Below are positions 52,895-63,691 of a stretch of DNA of 64,000 nucleotides, piece after piece. Numbering within the stretch: position 1 is the first letter of the stretch; each line of letters starts with the position of its first letter. A model generated the notes under the pieces. It worked only from the letters and a program-made list of their open reading frames with translations, did not search any database and was not told where the DNA came from. A program made the position numbers and the translations under genes. This stretch comes from an uncultured Pseudomonadales bacterium. GTDB taxonomy: Bacteria > Pseudomonadota > Gammaproteobacteria > Pseudomonadales > UBA7434. The DNA lies in the NCBI GenBank assembly GCA_943788835.1, contig CALSRU010000001.1, forward strand, positions 2,229 through 66,228. The letters are read 5' to 3'.

Positions 52895-53941
52895 TCAATG
52901 CTTTAAATAGGCATGAATTTGTATGCGAAAGCCGTTCCGCAGAGCCGTATAGCTACCCGCAACTCTCGTTAGCCCGGCCATATCAGCCCATTGCGCCAAC
53001 TGCACTTCTTGGAAACCTAGCCAAACATCTCCCGCGGCCTCTCTAACCCAGCTTTGGTCGTGTTGACATAATTCTGAAACAATAAATATTCCTGCCCCAG
53101 CCAACAGCTCTGCCGCCTCTTGAAAAATTAGCTGCGGTTTCAAATTGTGGTGTAACACCATGTTGGCAACAATGCAGTTCGCTTTGCGCGCTGCAACAGC
53201 CCCACCGGTATTGAGCTGCCGAGTAAGATCAAGCAAGTCTGTGGTGGTGCCATGAATAAAACCGATATTACCCAAATTTTTGCGCGTTGCTGTACGACGA
53301 CAACGCTCAAGCATCGACTCAGCGTTGTCCAATGCAATAACGTGTTCAAAACGCTGCGCAAGATCGGCCAAATAAGTGCCTTCACCGGGTCCAATCTCAA
53401 TGGCCTGTTTATACGAGAGCGGTTGTTGAGGCACCTGCAATAAAGTATCGATTAATTCATTGAGCGCATCACGATATTCGTCGATGGGCGCAATCAAGTC
53501 TTGCTGAGCCTTAAACTGCTCACTATTCTCTGCAAAAAATTTTAAGGAGCATTCACTGCGATGCTGCTGCGCACGGTCAACGGCGTGTTGCATAACTGCA
53601 TCGAGCGGCTGGGCGTCGATGCTCGCGAACAACTGGCTCACCAATGCCTCGTTATTTGTTACTGCCGGCAATGCTCGCCGATAAAAAATGGCGTTGCCTT
53701 CGCGCCGAGTGGTCACCAAGCCCGCGAGGGCGAGCACTTTTAAGTGGTGGCTCATCGCCGATTGCTTGATTGCAAACAGATTACAGAGCTCCAGCACACC
53801 GTAAGAATCGTGTTGCAGTACTTGTAAAATGTTCAAGCGCAGACCATCAGCACTAGCCTTAAGCAGAGCCTCAACGCCGGCCATGCCAACCCGATCCATT
53901 CCGGTTGGCGGAGCTTTTTTGATTGCTGATGAGGACATCAT
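52895..53941 (-). CDS. ArsR-family wHTH regulator fused to a SAM-dependent methyltransferase-like domain (SahR-like)
   Basis: ArsR HTH region (LRLNILQVLQ...LCNLFAIKQSAMSHHLKVLALAGLV) followed by a class I MTase fold (AIEIGPGEGTY...). Lies directly upstream of and co-oriented with metK-ahcY-metF. The start is uncertain: the track gives 54022, and ATG 53941 or 53899 are alternatives. Confidence 0.7.
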   Translation of the reverse strand: MMSSSAIKKAPPTGMDRVGMAGVEALLKASADGLRLNILQVLQHDSYGVLELCNLFAIKQSAMSHHLKVLALAGLVTTRREGNAIFYRRALPAVTNNEALVSQLFASIDAQPLDAVMQHAVDRAQQHRSECSLKFFAENSEQFKAQQDLIAPIDEYRDALNELIDTLLQVPQQPLSYKQAIEIGPGEGTYLADLAQRFEHVIALDNAESMLERCRRTATRKNLGNIGFIHGTTTDLLDLTRQLNTGGAVAARKANCIVANMVLHHNLKPQLIFQEAAELLAGAGIFIVSELCQHDQSWVREAAGDVWLGFQEVQLAQWADMAGLTRVAGSYTALRNGFRIQIHAYLKH

Positions 53942-54026
53942 AGAGGCGCGATTACTCGGCCAACCCTCCGATAATTGTTTACGATAATTAAGGCACACAA
54001 AGCCAATCAATAATAACATCAAATTA

Positions 54027-54077
54027 TATTGATATAGGTGAGGAGAATTCTAAACGCTTTGTGCACCTATATCAATA
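54027..54077. promoter_or_regulatory. Perfect 14-bp inverted repeat TATTGATATAGGTG-N23-CACCTATATCAATA upstream of the ArsR/MTase regulator
   Basis: Read directly: arms at 54027-54040 and 54064-54077. Candidate autoregulatory operator or RNA hairpin. Confidence 0.45.
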
Positions 54078-54341
54078 GCAGTCAATATAAACAGTAGATA
54101 GCGCAAAAACAGTAGGCTAGGATGAGAGTAGTCAGCGAGCAGGAGCTGTCTTTAGAGATGATGAGCCATGACATCTTGCAATGTCAGCACTATAGAGATG
54201 GAATTTGGAACGACTGAATCAAAAAAAGAGAGTGGGCTGGTAAAAAGTCTATGCTTGTCAATCGGTTATGCCTGAACGAGCCGATATTTCAAGGACGCGC
54301 TCAATAACTGAAACAGAATGGATCCCTGCGTATGCATCAAG

Positions 54342-54863
54342 CTAGCGATGCAAAATAAAGGTTTGCAAGTGCTGCTCAACCCAGTTGACATTGGGAATTC
54401 CGGCCGTTTTTTGATCAAGCATTACCGACATAGCTTCAGCTCGACCGCGAGGTCGCCCTTCATAAGGCTTGATTTGATCATCAGTGATATCCATGATCGT
54501 AGGCCGGCCGCTAACGGCCACTGCGTACTGGGGTAAGTGCCCATGTCCCAAGGTGCTCTCAACAACGGCAACGTGCTGCACTGAGGCCGCGGGCACGGCC
54601 GTTGAGCCATTGAGGGCCTCGAAACTAATCAGTGGTACCGCTTGGCCGCGCCACTGTATATAACCCACGAACCACTCTGGCGATTCAACCTTAACCTCAA
54701 TATCACCGGGCTCAAAAATTTCAGCGATCATCACATCAGGCAACAGCAGATGATCGGTCTGCAACGGCAATAACATCACAGTCAGGTTAGGAAAAGAATG
54801 ATCTTGCTGGAGTGCTTCCATTAAACAAAAACCCTTACTTTTAAAAATGCTCGTCTTGCCCAC
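54342..54863 (-). CDS. chpC: CheW-like coupling protein (ChpC-like)
   Basis: 173 aa with a CheW-domain pattern (LLLPDVMIAEIF...GYIQWRGQAVPLISFEAL). Lies immediately after chpA. The start is uncertain (GTG 54863 or ATG 54821). Confidence 0.72.
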   Translation of the reverse strand: MGKTSIFKSKGFCLMEALQQDHSFPNLTVMLLPLQTDHLLLPDVMIAEIFEPGDIEVKVESPEWFVGYIQWRGQAVPLISFEALNGSTAVPAASVQHVAVVESTLGHGHLPQYAVAVSGRPTIMDITDDQIKPYEGRPRGRAEAMSVMLDQKTAGIPNVNWVEQHLQTFILHR

Positions 54864-54894
54864 GTTACTAGCCGCGCGGCCTTAATAAAAAAGA

Positions 54895-57800
54895 CTAGCC
54901 ACTAACCATCTTAGAGGCTGCCTTGTCAGGAAGAAACTCGCTCATAGTGCTAATTAAATGGCTATCCTGGTAGGGCTTGCCTAGAAAGCCATTGGCGCCA
55001 AGCCCAAGGGCCCGGTCGCGGTGCTTATCACCGGTGCGCGATGAAATCATAACGATAGGCATCGTCGCCAGCCGCTCTTCATGCCTTACTCGAGTGACCA
55101 CTTCGAAACCATCGAGTCGCGGCATCTCAATATCGAGAAGCATAATATCGGGTGTTAGCCCTTCCAGTTTCTCAATTGCATCCAGCCCATCTTTTGCGGT
55201 GATGACCTCAAAGCCCTGCCGCTCCAGTAAGCGGGTAGTCACCTTACGTACGGTAACCGAATCATCAACGACCATAACTAAAGTGCAATCACGCTCCGCA
55301 GGCTGCGCAATTAACCGGCTAACGCCATCAATGGACCACTTTGTTGCGTTATGCGCCAATGCGGCCAAATCGGTAATCATCACGACACTGCCATCGCCCA
55401 GCACCGTCGCACCCGAAATACCCTCGATGCTGGATAATTGCGGACCTAAACTCTTCACAACAATTTCGCGACTCCCTAAAAGTCGGTCAACCTGGAACGC
55501 AACCAGCTTATCGCCCGAGCGCACAAGTAACACCGGTAATGCACCCACCATATCAGCGCTGTATTGAGGCTCACTGCCATTGACTAATGAACCCAAGTAG
55601 CGAAAATCGTAACGCTGACCCGCATACATAAAATCGATAGCAGAATCGCCATAGTATTCTTCTAACTCGTACGGACTCACTCGCACGATACCCTCTATCG
55701 AATCTAACGGCACCGCAAGCGTCTCGCCGCCAGCGCCAACTAACAGAGCACGATTCATCGATACTGTGAACGGCAGCCTAAAGATAAAAGTCGTGCCTTT
55801 GCCTTGCTCAGACAGCAGCTCTAGCTTACCGCCCAGATCATGAATTTCTTTTTGCACCACATCCATGCCTACTCCGCGACCAGAAATCTGTGTGATTTTA
55901 GCTGCGGTGCTAAAGCCTGGCGCCATAATAAACTGTTTAATTTCATCGTCCGAAAGCTCATCGCCGTTTTTAATTAAGCCTAGAGCCAAAGCTTTTCTCT
56001 TAATGGCATTAACATCAATGCCTTTACCATCATCACTTAATCTAATCACAACATCGCCACCCTCACGATTAATATCGAGGTGGATAGAGCCACTGTCCGG
56101 CTTGCCCGATTTTTTTCGATGGGCTATGGTTTCAATGCCGTGATCTATGGCGTTGCGTATCACGTGCTCTAAGGGAACCACCATACGCTCAATGACCGAA
56201 CGGTCTAGCTCACCTTCGGCACTACCAATCGTAAAGCTCACCGGCTTATCCAGCTCGCCACTCACCTGCCGTATAGTCCTTCGTAAGCGCGGCACAATCG
56301 CGCGAGATAACGGCACGGTGCGTGTGCGCATCAAGCCCTCTTGCATTTCGGTGTTAACGCGCGCCTGCTGTAGCAATAATGTTTCAATGTCTCGAGTTTT
56401 ATCTTTCAGCGTTATCTTCAGGTCTTTCAAGTCAGAAGCCGACTCCACTAATGATTTAGAAATCTGCTGGAACTGGGAATAACGGTCCATTTCTAGCGGA
56501 TCAAATTCATCGAGACCTTCAATTTCGACTTGCTCCTGGCGAAAACTAATTTGCGCTTCGGTCTCGATTTCTAACCTTCTTAACTGTTCTTCTAGCCTCT
56601 CAACGGTCGCATCAATTTCATCAATAGAGCGTGTAAATTCATTAGTTTTTTCCTCCATGAGTGACCGGGAAATACTTGTTTCACCCGCTAAGTTAACCAA
56701 CTTTTCAAGCAGTTGAGCATCGACCTTAACGGTCTCAGGGATGCGTTTCTCTTCTTCAGGGCCAGACTCCGCGCTCCTATGGCCCACAGATTGAATTTTT
56801 TCAGGCTGCGTTACATTGGCAAAATGGGTAATCAAATCAGCAAGGAAATGACTGACCTTTTTGAAAAAGTTGGTATCGATTTTTATACTTTGATTACTGG
56901 CCGACTCTAAAAGCGATTCAAACTCATGGCAAATCTCGCCTACATCTTCAAGACCCGCCATGCGCGCACCACCTTTGATAGTGTGCAATGGTCGCAATAG
57001 ACTCTCAAGATACGATAATTCATTTTGGTCATTGAGCCATTCTCCAACACTGGCCTCAAGCTCTTCGATAAGATCTTGTGACTCTTCAAGAAAAATAGCT
57101 ACAATTTCATCATCCATGAAATCAATATTTGATTTATTTACAGTATCGTCAGGCTGCTTATTCGATGCAGAAATGCGCTGCGCCAAAGCCTCATCGGACT
57201 TAACTAAACTTAGCAACTCGTCTGTCGTAATTGCTGCCACCACCGCTTGACCTGCCGCGAGGCAGTCCAGCATATCTTCAAGATCTAAATGCGCTTGCAT
57301 TAAAGTACTATAAAAATGGTAATGCAGCCCAACAGCAGCGCTGCACTGATACGACATCAGCATTGCCGCTACCAATTCTTTAATGGGTTGAATATCAGCA
57401 CCCGCATCTGCAATCGATCCAAGCCCCGCAATCAAAGTATCAAATTGGGTCGGTACACTTGCTTGCGAGCGCCAGGCTCGCAAGAACTGGCGCCCATCAA
57501 CAATTAGGCCACTGAGCGCAAGTAGATCGCTATGATCCTCAGCATCGATAGTGTTGTTGGATGCCGCGAGCTCTCTCTCCAGCTCGATACGATAATCCTC
57601 ATCGAGTTGCTCGGTTAGCTCCACTGTATCGGGAGTACCTGCTAGGAAATTCATGAGCCAGTGAGAAGTGCGGACTAAGAGTCTGTGCTGATTAACATGG
57701 TTTGAGTTACTGTCGCTCATATGCTCAACCAATAAATTGGCTGACTCCATGATTTTTGCAACGGGTTGAATTTCGGCAATTCGAGAGCCGCCCACCAAAG

Positions 57801-60519
57801 TATGAAATGCTCGCTTAACACGCTCGCTAGGCAAGAGGTTCGTGCCTTCACTAAGGCTATCAGTATATTCAGTGATTACCGCTAACTGCAGAGCAGCTTC
57901 TTCAAAGAAAATATCCCGCAGCGTATAGTTGGAATCACGAGTATCGCTATCGACCTGACTTGACATCGCTTCAACTTCAGGAACAACGCTAGCCTCGCCT
58001 TTAATGGTTGCTTCGCGACATTCTTGCTCTTGCGTTTCTTGCTCATTTATTCCGGTGCTACCTTCATCTCTAGCTTTGTCTAGCTGAGCCTCACTCTCGC
58101 CTTGCGCAACGACATCCTGCCGCGTGACTTCGAACCTATCCACTTCAGACACATCCACTTCAGACACATCCACTTCAGGCATATCCGCTACAAGCTGAAC
58201 AGCACTTAACAACTGCATAGACTCGCCAATCATTACTTGGTTATTCGAATCAGCGGTTAATAATTCACACCGAGCTATAAAGCTTTCTAAGGCTGGCATG
58301 AAAGGTAAAAAGCGCTGTGAAAAATCTTGAATAAGCACGCTGACATAGATTGCTGCCTCTTCAACAAAAGCAATACGATTCTCGTCAAGCTTAACTTTTT
58401 TCTCAATAACGGCATTAAGTAAATTTTCAACGGCCCACGCCGCATCACCTAAGTGTTCTGCCATCGCCATGCGACCGCTGCCCTTAAGTGTATGATAACC
58501 ACGACGCATTTCGGCCAAAGGCTCGCTATTATTTTCCTCAGGCACCAGCAGAGCCGCATGCTCGACGAGCGCCTCCATCACTTCTTCAGCTTCCTCAAGA
58601 AAAATATCGGCAATATCTTCGTCGATATCACACTCTAATGGTTGTGCGCTATAAGCTACTGGCAGCTCATGGATAGCGGTTGGCAATGGGTTGTCTTTAC
58701 TAGAGTCATTCGACATCACTTCAATAGTCTCAGCAGCACCGACTAACGAGCCTGGCAAATCAGACGACTCTTCTGAGAAAGTAGATGGATGCTGCGAGCC
58801 TTCATCAAATTCAGCTTCTGCTGGCGAAACCAAGGCTTCTCCCAAAACCTCACAAGCGTGAATCAACGGCTGATCGACTATGTTATGGCAGCTTAAGCGG
58901 CATGAGCTGACGTAAACCAAAATAAGCTCAACTGATTTTATTAAGCGTTCGCACCCTGCTTGCACACTCGCTAAATCACTAGGATACAATGCGTTTATAA
59001 AAAGCTGCACATGCCCTAAAGCTTTTGATAACAAGTGTTCTTCTAAAAATAGTGCAACGCCCAAAACCTCAGTAATAGCGCATTCCATTTCTACAAATAT
59101 TTCACTCAACGCGGTCTCGGGATTCTGCATGTCTACCACATCGAGAGCCGCAGCTGACTTAGCAGTATTACAAACAGCTTGCAATGAATGACTTATCTGC
59201 TCCAGACAAACCAGTTCGCTAGCCTGACGATTTGTACCCAATCGTTGCATTTTAAGCAAGGATTCAAGTGCAAGTAGCTCAGTAATAACCGACTCAAGAA
59301 GCGGGTAATCAATAGTCCTACTTTCACAAATAGTTTTTAGCCCCGATCTAATCACCTCAATAGCTGTGTGACCGACATCTAACTGTGCCAGCTGTGCTGT
59401 ATAGAGCAGTGTCGATATCATATCGAAAGCCGCTACATACTCACTTGGGCCGGCCTCAGACTCAACGTTGGCCTGTAGAGTCTTCTGAAGCAATTGAATG
59501 TCGTCGACGATTCCAGACATAACCCTATCAATCGTTTCAACATCTGGGCTACCCAAACGCAGCAACTGCATTCCTGCAGGTATTGAAAGAGCGGCTGAAA
59601 GCCCATAGCGAGAAAATGAAGCCAATCCACTTACAGAGGAATCATTAATGATGGCCAGATGAAACAATATTTCATTAAACTGCTGGAGTATCAGATCAGC
59701 ACCAGCGGATGATGTTGCTTCGACCTCTGGTGTTTCATCATAAAGACTCAGTAATATGCCAATTGAGTGCCGCAGGCAGTACTTCACTCCTAAACCTAGA
59801 CGAGCGCCATTACTTACAGCAGACTGCATAAGTGCTAAATACGCCTTGCACGTATCATGCAATATATTTTGATGATGGGAAAAAACACTTACAAAGTCTA
59901 ACTGTTGGGTCGATTCGCATAGATTAACAAGCGCCTCTCGATCATCATGAACATCGTTATCAATGGCATTCAAGCCGTGCTGAATGGAGAACAGCCACGG
60001 TGTTAAAACTGACCAATCCACCAGACCCGAAAGGCTTTCTATATGTTCCGCAAAGTCTTGCGGCATCACCGGCGCAAATTGCTCGCAAGGTAATATAAGT
60101 CGCTTCCCAGAGACGCTGCGCAATTCGTTAATGACGGCCAGTAATATTTCCGGATGCTCACCGTCAGAGCGCTTGGCAAATGATAGGAAATTCAACAACT
60201 GGCTGAAGCCACCAATAACGGCCTCAAAGCAATCAGAGATATTTACAGCACGACCTAATTGAAGTGTTTCTAAAATCTCAACGAGTTCCAGCGTAAGCTG
60301 GTGAGCCGTGTGCATGCTTGTAGCTTCAAAAGATTCTGCTGCAAGGCGAGTGGCCTCTAGCGAAGCAATAAGGTGACTCGCGTTGGCAGCGCACTCAGAA
60401 TCACTTAGATAGGCCTGAAAGGACCGCCGAGCTGTATCGATCCTTTCGTCGAGGTCCAGTGATATCCATCTCAACGATAAATTTTCAGAAGGCGCATTCA
60501 TAATGGCTAATCCAGGCAC
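54895..60519 (-). CDS. chpA: Hybrid CheA-type histidine kinase ChpA of the Pil-Chp system
   Basis: 1874 aa. Three canonical Hpt motifs (YHTLKGSGRMA, FHTLVGGSRIA, LHTIKGGARMA). HATPase region (HVIRNAIDHGIE, DDGKGID, GRGVGMDVV, GKGTTF), a CheW-like domain and a C-terminal REC domain (DIMLLDIEMPRLDGFE). Start is GTG 60519 or ATG 60501. Confidence 0.9.
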   Translation of the reverse strand: MPGLAIMNAPSENLSLRWISLDLDERIDTARRSFQAYLSDSECAANASHLIASLEATRLAAESFEATSMHTAHQLTLELVEILETLQLGRAVNISDCFEAVIGGFSQLLNFLSFAKRSDGEHPEILLAVINELRSVSGKRLILPCEQFAPVMPQDFAEHIESLSGLVDWSVLTPWLFSIQHGLNAIDNDVHDDREALVNLCESTQQLDFVSVFSHHQNILHDTCKAYLALMQSAVSNGARLGLGVKYCLRHSIGILLSLYDETPEVEATSSAGADLILQQFNEILFHLAIINDSSVSGLASFSRYGLSAALSIPAGMQLLRLGSPDVETIDRVMSGIVDDIQLLQKTLQANVESEAGPSEYVAAFDMISTLLYTAQLAQLDVGHTAIEVIRSGLKTICESRTIDYPLLESVITELLALESLLKMQRLGTNRQASELVCLEQISHSLQAVCNTAKSAAALDVVDMQNPETALSEIFVEMECAITEVLGVALFLEEHLLSKALGHVQLFINALYPSDLASVQAGCERLIKSVELILVYVSSCRLSCHNIVDQPLIHACEVLGEALVSPAEAEFDEGSQHPSTFSEESSDLPGSLVGAAETIEVMSNDSSKDNPLPTAIHELPVAYSAQPLECDIDEDIADIFLEEAEEVMEALVEHAALLVPEENNSEPLAEMRRGYHTLKGSGRMAMAEHLGDAAWAVENLLNAVIEKKVKLDENRIAFVEEAAIYVSVLIQDFSQRFLPFMPALESFIARCELLTADSNNQVMIGESMQLLSAVQLVADMPEVDVSEVDVSEVDRFEVTRQDVVAQGESEAQLDKARDEGSTGINEQETQEQECREATIKGEASVVPEVEAMSSQVDSDTRDSNYTLRDIFFEEAALQLAVITEYTDSLSEGTNLLPSERVKRAFHTLVGGSRIAEIQPVAKIMESANLLVEHMSDSNSNHVNQHRLLVRTSHWLMNFLAGTPDTVELTEQLDEDYRIELERELAASNNTIDAEDHSDLLALSGLIVDGRQFLRAWRSQASVPTQFDTLIAGLGSIADAGADIQPIKELVAAMLMSYQCSAAVGLHYHFYSTLMQAHLDLEDMLDCLAAGQAVVAAITTDELLSLVKSDEALAQRISASNKQPDDTVNKSNIDFMDDEIVAIFLEESQDLIEELEASVGEWLNDQNELSYLESLLRPLHTIKGGARMAGLEDVGEICHEFESLLESASNQSIKIDTNFFKKVSHFLADLITHFANVTQPEKIQSVGHRSAESGPEEEKRIPETVKVDAQLLEKLVNLAGETSISRSLMEEKTNEFTRSIDEIDATVERLEEQLRRLEIETEAQISFRQEQVEIEGLDEFDPLEMDRYSQFQQISKSLVESASDLKDLKITLKDKTRDIETLLLQQARVNTEMQEGLMRTRTVPLSRAIVPRLRRTIRQVSGELDKPVSFTIGSAEGELDRSVIERMVVPLEHVIRNAIDHGIETIAHRKKSGKPDSGSIHLDINREGGDVVIRLSDDGKGIDVNAIKRKALALGLIKNGDELSDDEIKQFIMAPGFSTAAKITQISGRGVGMDVVQKEIHDLGGKLELLSEQGKGTTFIFRLPFTVSMNRALLVGAGGETLAVPLDSIEGIVRVSPYELEEYYGDSAIDFMYAGQRYDFRYLGSLVNGSEPQYSADMVGALPVLLVRSGDKLVAFQVDRLLGSREIVVKSLGPQLSSIEGISGATVLGDGSVVMITDLAALAHNATKWSIDGVSRLIAQPAERDCTLVMVVDDSVTVRKVTTRLLERQGFEVITAKDGLDAIEKLEGLTPDIMLLDIEMPRLDGFEVVTRVRHEERLATMPIVMISSRTGDKHRDRALGLGANGFLGKPYQDSHLISTMSEFLPDKAASKMVSG
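58140..58184. repeat. 15-bp tandem repeat (CCACTTCAGACACAT x2 plus one variant) inside chpA
   Basis: Read directly. It encodes EVDVSEVDVSEVD in an acidic inter-domain linker. Confidence 0.9.
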
Positions 60520-60534
60520 TGTTTGATTAACGAG

Positions 60535-62607
60535 TTAGAGCGACTGGCGGGCCACGTGAGAACTCGGGGTGCCAGTTTTCTTCTTACTTGCTGGTAATTT
60601 AAATCCGGCTACTGAATCCCTTAGCTCAATCGTCATATCCGATAAAGTACCCATTTTTGTTGCCGCTTCAGTTGTGCCCGTAGCAGTCTGCTTAGTAATG
60701 TTTTTTACACTGTTCATTGTGCCAGAAACGTTGCCAGCCATTTCTGCCTGATCTTTTGCAGCCGTTGAAATGGTTTCTATAAGCTGGGAGAGGTTCGATG
60801 AAACCATTTCGATTTCTTCCAGTGCTACACCCGCGTCATGAGCTAAGCCAGCCCCCGTTACAACCTCGGCAGTGGTTTGCTCCATTGAAGAGACCGCTTC
60901 ATTCGTATCAGATTGAATGGTTCGCACCAACGCCTCAATCTGCTTAGTAGCACCAGAGGATCGCTCGGCAAGTCGCTGCACTTCATCCGCAACCACGGCA
61001 AACCCTCTACCCGCTTCTCCGGCCATAGATGCTTGAATAGATGCGTTTAGTGCAAGAATATTTGTTTGATCAGCAATATCATTAATCAAAGAAACGATAT
61101 CACCAATTTCCTGCGAGCTTTCACCCAACCGCTTAATTCTTTTAGAAGTGTCTTGTATTTGCTCTCGAATAGTGTCCATACCATTAATTGTATTTTGAAC
61201 AACACGGGATCCCGATTTTGCAATTTCTACCGAGCTTTTTGCAACAGTAGCTGAATTAAAAGCATCTACTGACATTTGGCCCATAGTTCCAGCCATTTCT
61301 TTTATCGAAGCTGAAGCGTCAGAGATTTGACTAGCTTGTTGATTAGACGCCTCTGCCAAAGTCATTGCTTTGTCTTGCGTATCTTTTGCAGCTGCGTTGA
61401 CTTTTACCGTAGTTCCATTAATTGACGAGACGATCTCTCGCAGCTGCTCTACAGTGAAATTGATCGAGTCGGCAATTGCGCCTGTGAAATCCTCAGATAC
61501 TGTCGCCTCTGCGGTAAGGTCACCGTCTGCCAAATTGCCAATTTCAGAAAGAAGACGCTGTATAGCTATTTGATTTCGGTCATTCGCATCGCGCTGTTCA
61601 GCAAGCCTTGCTTTCGTTTGGCCGAAAAGTTGATAACCGATGATTGCCAAAGTCATAACCAGAAGCAGCCCTGATAATTTTGCCGTATCGGAGCCCATGC
61701 TGCGTTGATTACTTAAATCACGAATGCCATCGGCTACCGTATTCGTTTGATCAAGCATTTGCGGTGTGACTTTTAAAATTGTGCTCACAGACCCTCGAGC
61801 CTTTAGCAGGTCAGGTGATGCCGCAAAAATGTCGTCGACCGAGCTGGAAACGAAACCGAAAAGTCTTTCGATGCGCTTCAATGAAAGCTTAGCCTGTGTG
61901 TCATTAATTTTTGCAACGCCAAGCACGCTACTACCATTGAGCATGGCATCGAGAACCCGACCAAAAACACTGGCATCAAGATTAAATTGATCTGCAGCCT
62001 GCTGGGCACCGATATTGCCCTCAATCATTTTGTCTACATTGCGCCCAATTCTTTCGGCGAGCAACATTTGCTTTTGGGCTGTTACTAACTGCTCCGCGCT
62101 AGCTTGTTTATCTAATAGGATTTCGATGACGTTTTCATACTCATGCTGCAAATCAGGAATAGCTTCACTGAGTTTTTTTGCCACGTCGTTCAGAAATAAA
62201 ACGCGATCTCTATTAGCTACAATAGTAGTGGTATTGCGATTAATTTCTTGCCATACGATCGCTAGCGCCGCGAGCTGGGTCGGCATCATAGCGCCAGCCC
62301 CAGGCAGCGTTCCGTCGCCGTCAGTCAAAACATCGAGGGTTCTCGAAAACCGCTCGGCTGAGTCTTTCAAAGAAATGAACGCCGCTGCATCACCATCCAC
62401 GGCCTCATGAGAGCTTGTCGATATCTGGTGCGTCAGCACGCGCAACTCGCCGACGTACTCGAGGTATTTCGCATCGTGCGATGCATCTCTAACAAAAATA
62501 AATATGCTGGCGGAGAAAAGTATTGCCGCTAAAGCAAGCAGCGCAACAGAAGATAGAAACGATTTGCTTGTACTGAGATCACTAGTACGTGAACCTAACT
62601 GACTCAT
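60535..62607 (-). CDS. pilJ: Methyl-accepting chemotaxis protein PilJ
   Basis: 690 aa with an N-terminal TM helix, a periplasmic domain, a second TM helix, HAMP, and the MCP signalling hairpin [34 protein letters not shown]. Confidence 0.9.
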   Translation of the reverse strand: MSQLGSRTSDLSTSKSFLSSVALLALAAILFSASIFIFVRDASHDAKYLEYVGELRVLTHQISTSSHEAVDGDAAAFISLKDSAERFSRTLDVLTDGDGTLPGAGAMMPTQLAALAIVWQEINRNTTTIVANRDRVLFLNDVAKKLSEAIPDLQHEYENVIEILLDKQASAEQLVTAQKQMLLAERIGRNVDKMIEGNIGAQQAADQFNLDASVFGRVLDAMLNGSSVLGVAKINDTQAKLSLKRIERLFGFVSSSVDDIFAASPDLLKARGSVSTILKVTPQMLDQTNTVADGIRDLSNQRSMGSDTAKLSGLLLVMTLAIIGYQLFGQTKARLAEQRDANDRNQIAIQRLLSEIGNLADGDLTAEATVSEDFTGAIADSINFTVEQLREIVSSINGTTVKVNAAAKDTQDKAMTLAEASNQQASQISDASASIKEMAGTMGQMSVDAFNSATVAKSSVEIAKSGSRVVQNTINGMDTIREQIQDTSKRIKRLGESSQEIGDIVSLINDIADQTNILALNASIQASMAGEAGRGFAVVADEVQRLAERSSGATKQIEALVRTIQSDTNEAVSSMEQTTAEVVTGAGLAHDAGVALEEIEMVSSNLSQLIETISTAAKDQAEMAGNVSGTMNSVKNITKQTATGTTEAATKMGTLSDMTIELRDSVAGFKLPASKKKTGTPSSHVARQSL

Positions 62608-62667
62608 TACCTTAGCTCCTAAAAAGATTGGTATACAAAATTAAATGTAGATTTGAAAATGGCAATT

Positions 62668-63258
62668 TTATGCTGCAGCCACAGTGCCACCACCCTCAGC
62701 ATTCGTTCTTGCGGCATTGATAAATTTTTTATCAACAACCAATCGAGCAGGCGACAATTTATACCAAACGCTGGTTGGTTCCGTGCAAGTTGCGTCGACA
62801 AATTTTGTGAAAGGTTGATCGATGGTATTTTCAGCGTCTTCATGGGCAGGGTAAGCGAATGACGATGTATCAAAATGCTTTAGGCCGAAGACCTTACTCA
62901 CTAGTAAACCCACATAGGTATTTTGGGTTTCTATTATTAAAACTCGATGGTTGGATTTTGCGCCTCCCAATCGACCGCCAAAAAAATTCTCAATGTCGAC
63001 AATAGGTAACAATCTGCCACGAATATTGGCAACACCTAACATCCATGATTTAACAGCCGGAACTAATGTATATCTAGGTGGCGTAATAATTTCAACCACC
63101 TCACCCATCGGCGCAACTACAGTTTGCCCACATAAAGAAAAGCCAATGCCGCTCCAGGCATTGCTTAAATCTTTTTTCACTGCTCGTTGCTCGGCAACCT
63201 CGATGCTTTTTTCCGCAAGCTGCCGCAGCAAGATTCCAGCGTTGACTTCATAGCTCAT
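62668..63258 (-). CDS. pilI: CheW-like protein PilI
   Basis: 196 aa CheW domain (GVANIRGRLLPIVDIENFFG). Lies between pilH and pilJ. Confidence 0.8.
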   Translation of the reverse strand: MSYEVNAGILLRQLAEKSIEVAEQRAVKKDLSNAWSGIGFSLCGQTVVAPMGEVVEIITPPRYTLVPAVKSWMLGVANIRGRLLPIVDIENFFGGRLGGAKSNHRVLIIETQNTYVGLLVSKVFGLKHFDTSSFAYPAHEDAENTIDQPFTKFVDATCTEPTSVWYKLSPARLVVDKKFINAARTNAEGGGTVAAA

Positions 63259-63267
63259 AGCATCGCC

Positions 63268-63636
63268 CTAGTTGATAGCCAATACCGTTTCTATAGTATG
63301 AATAAGTTCTTTTTCTGGCACAGGCTTGACTAAATAGCCCTTAGCTCCTTGCTTTCGCGACCACTCTCGATCCGAGTCTTGATTTTTTGTGGTAACCATA
63401 ATCACAGGAATAGAATTGGTTCGGGGGTTGCGATTTAATTGCCGCGTCGCTTGAAAGCCATTAATGCCTGGCATAACAATATCCATTAACACTAAATCCG
63501 GTGATTCTTTATCGGCTAGCTCTACACCTGCCTCACCTGTCTGAGCAAAAAAAACGTCGTAGCCATATTTTTTTAAGATGCGAGAAATTTCATGTGTCTC
63601 CGTGGCAGAGTCATCGACAACTAATACTTTTTTCAT
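63268..63636 (-). CDS. pilH: Single-domain response regulator PilH
   Basis: 122 aa CheY-like protein (VLVVDDS, DLVLMDIVMPGINGF, KGYLVKP). Confidence 0.88.
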   Translation of the reverse strand: MKKVLVVDDSATETHEISRILKKYGYDVFFAQTGEAGVELADKESPDLVLMDIVMPGINGFQATRQLNRNPRTNSIPVIMVTTKNQDSDREWSRKQGAKGYLVKPVPEKELIHTIETVLAIN

Positions 63637-63691
63637 GCTTTACTCTCCAGACCGATACGATTTTTCCACACGATGCGAGCCATAAGTATGA

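Noticed and set aside
54977-55567. Long antisense ORFs inside chpA (196 aa here), with similar ones inside mutL (18314-18757), miaA (16214-16552), pilJ (62015-62410) and hflC (11822-12280)
   Set aside because: All lie opposite strongly supported genes and have Ser/Arg/Pro-rich shadow-frame composition with no independent signals.
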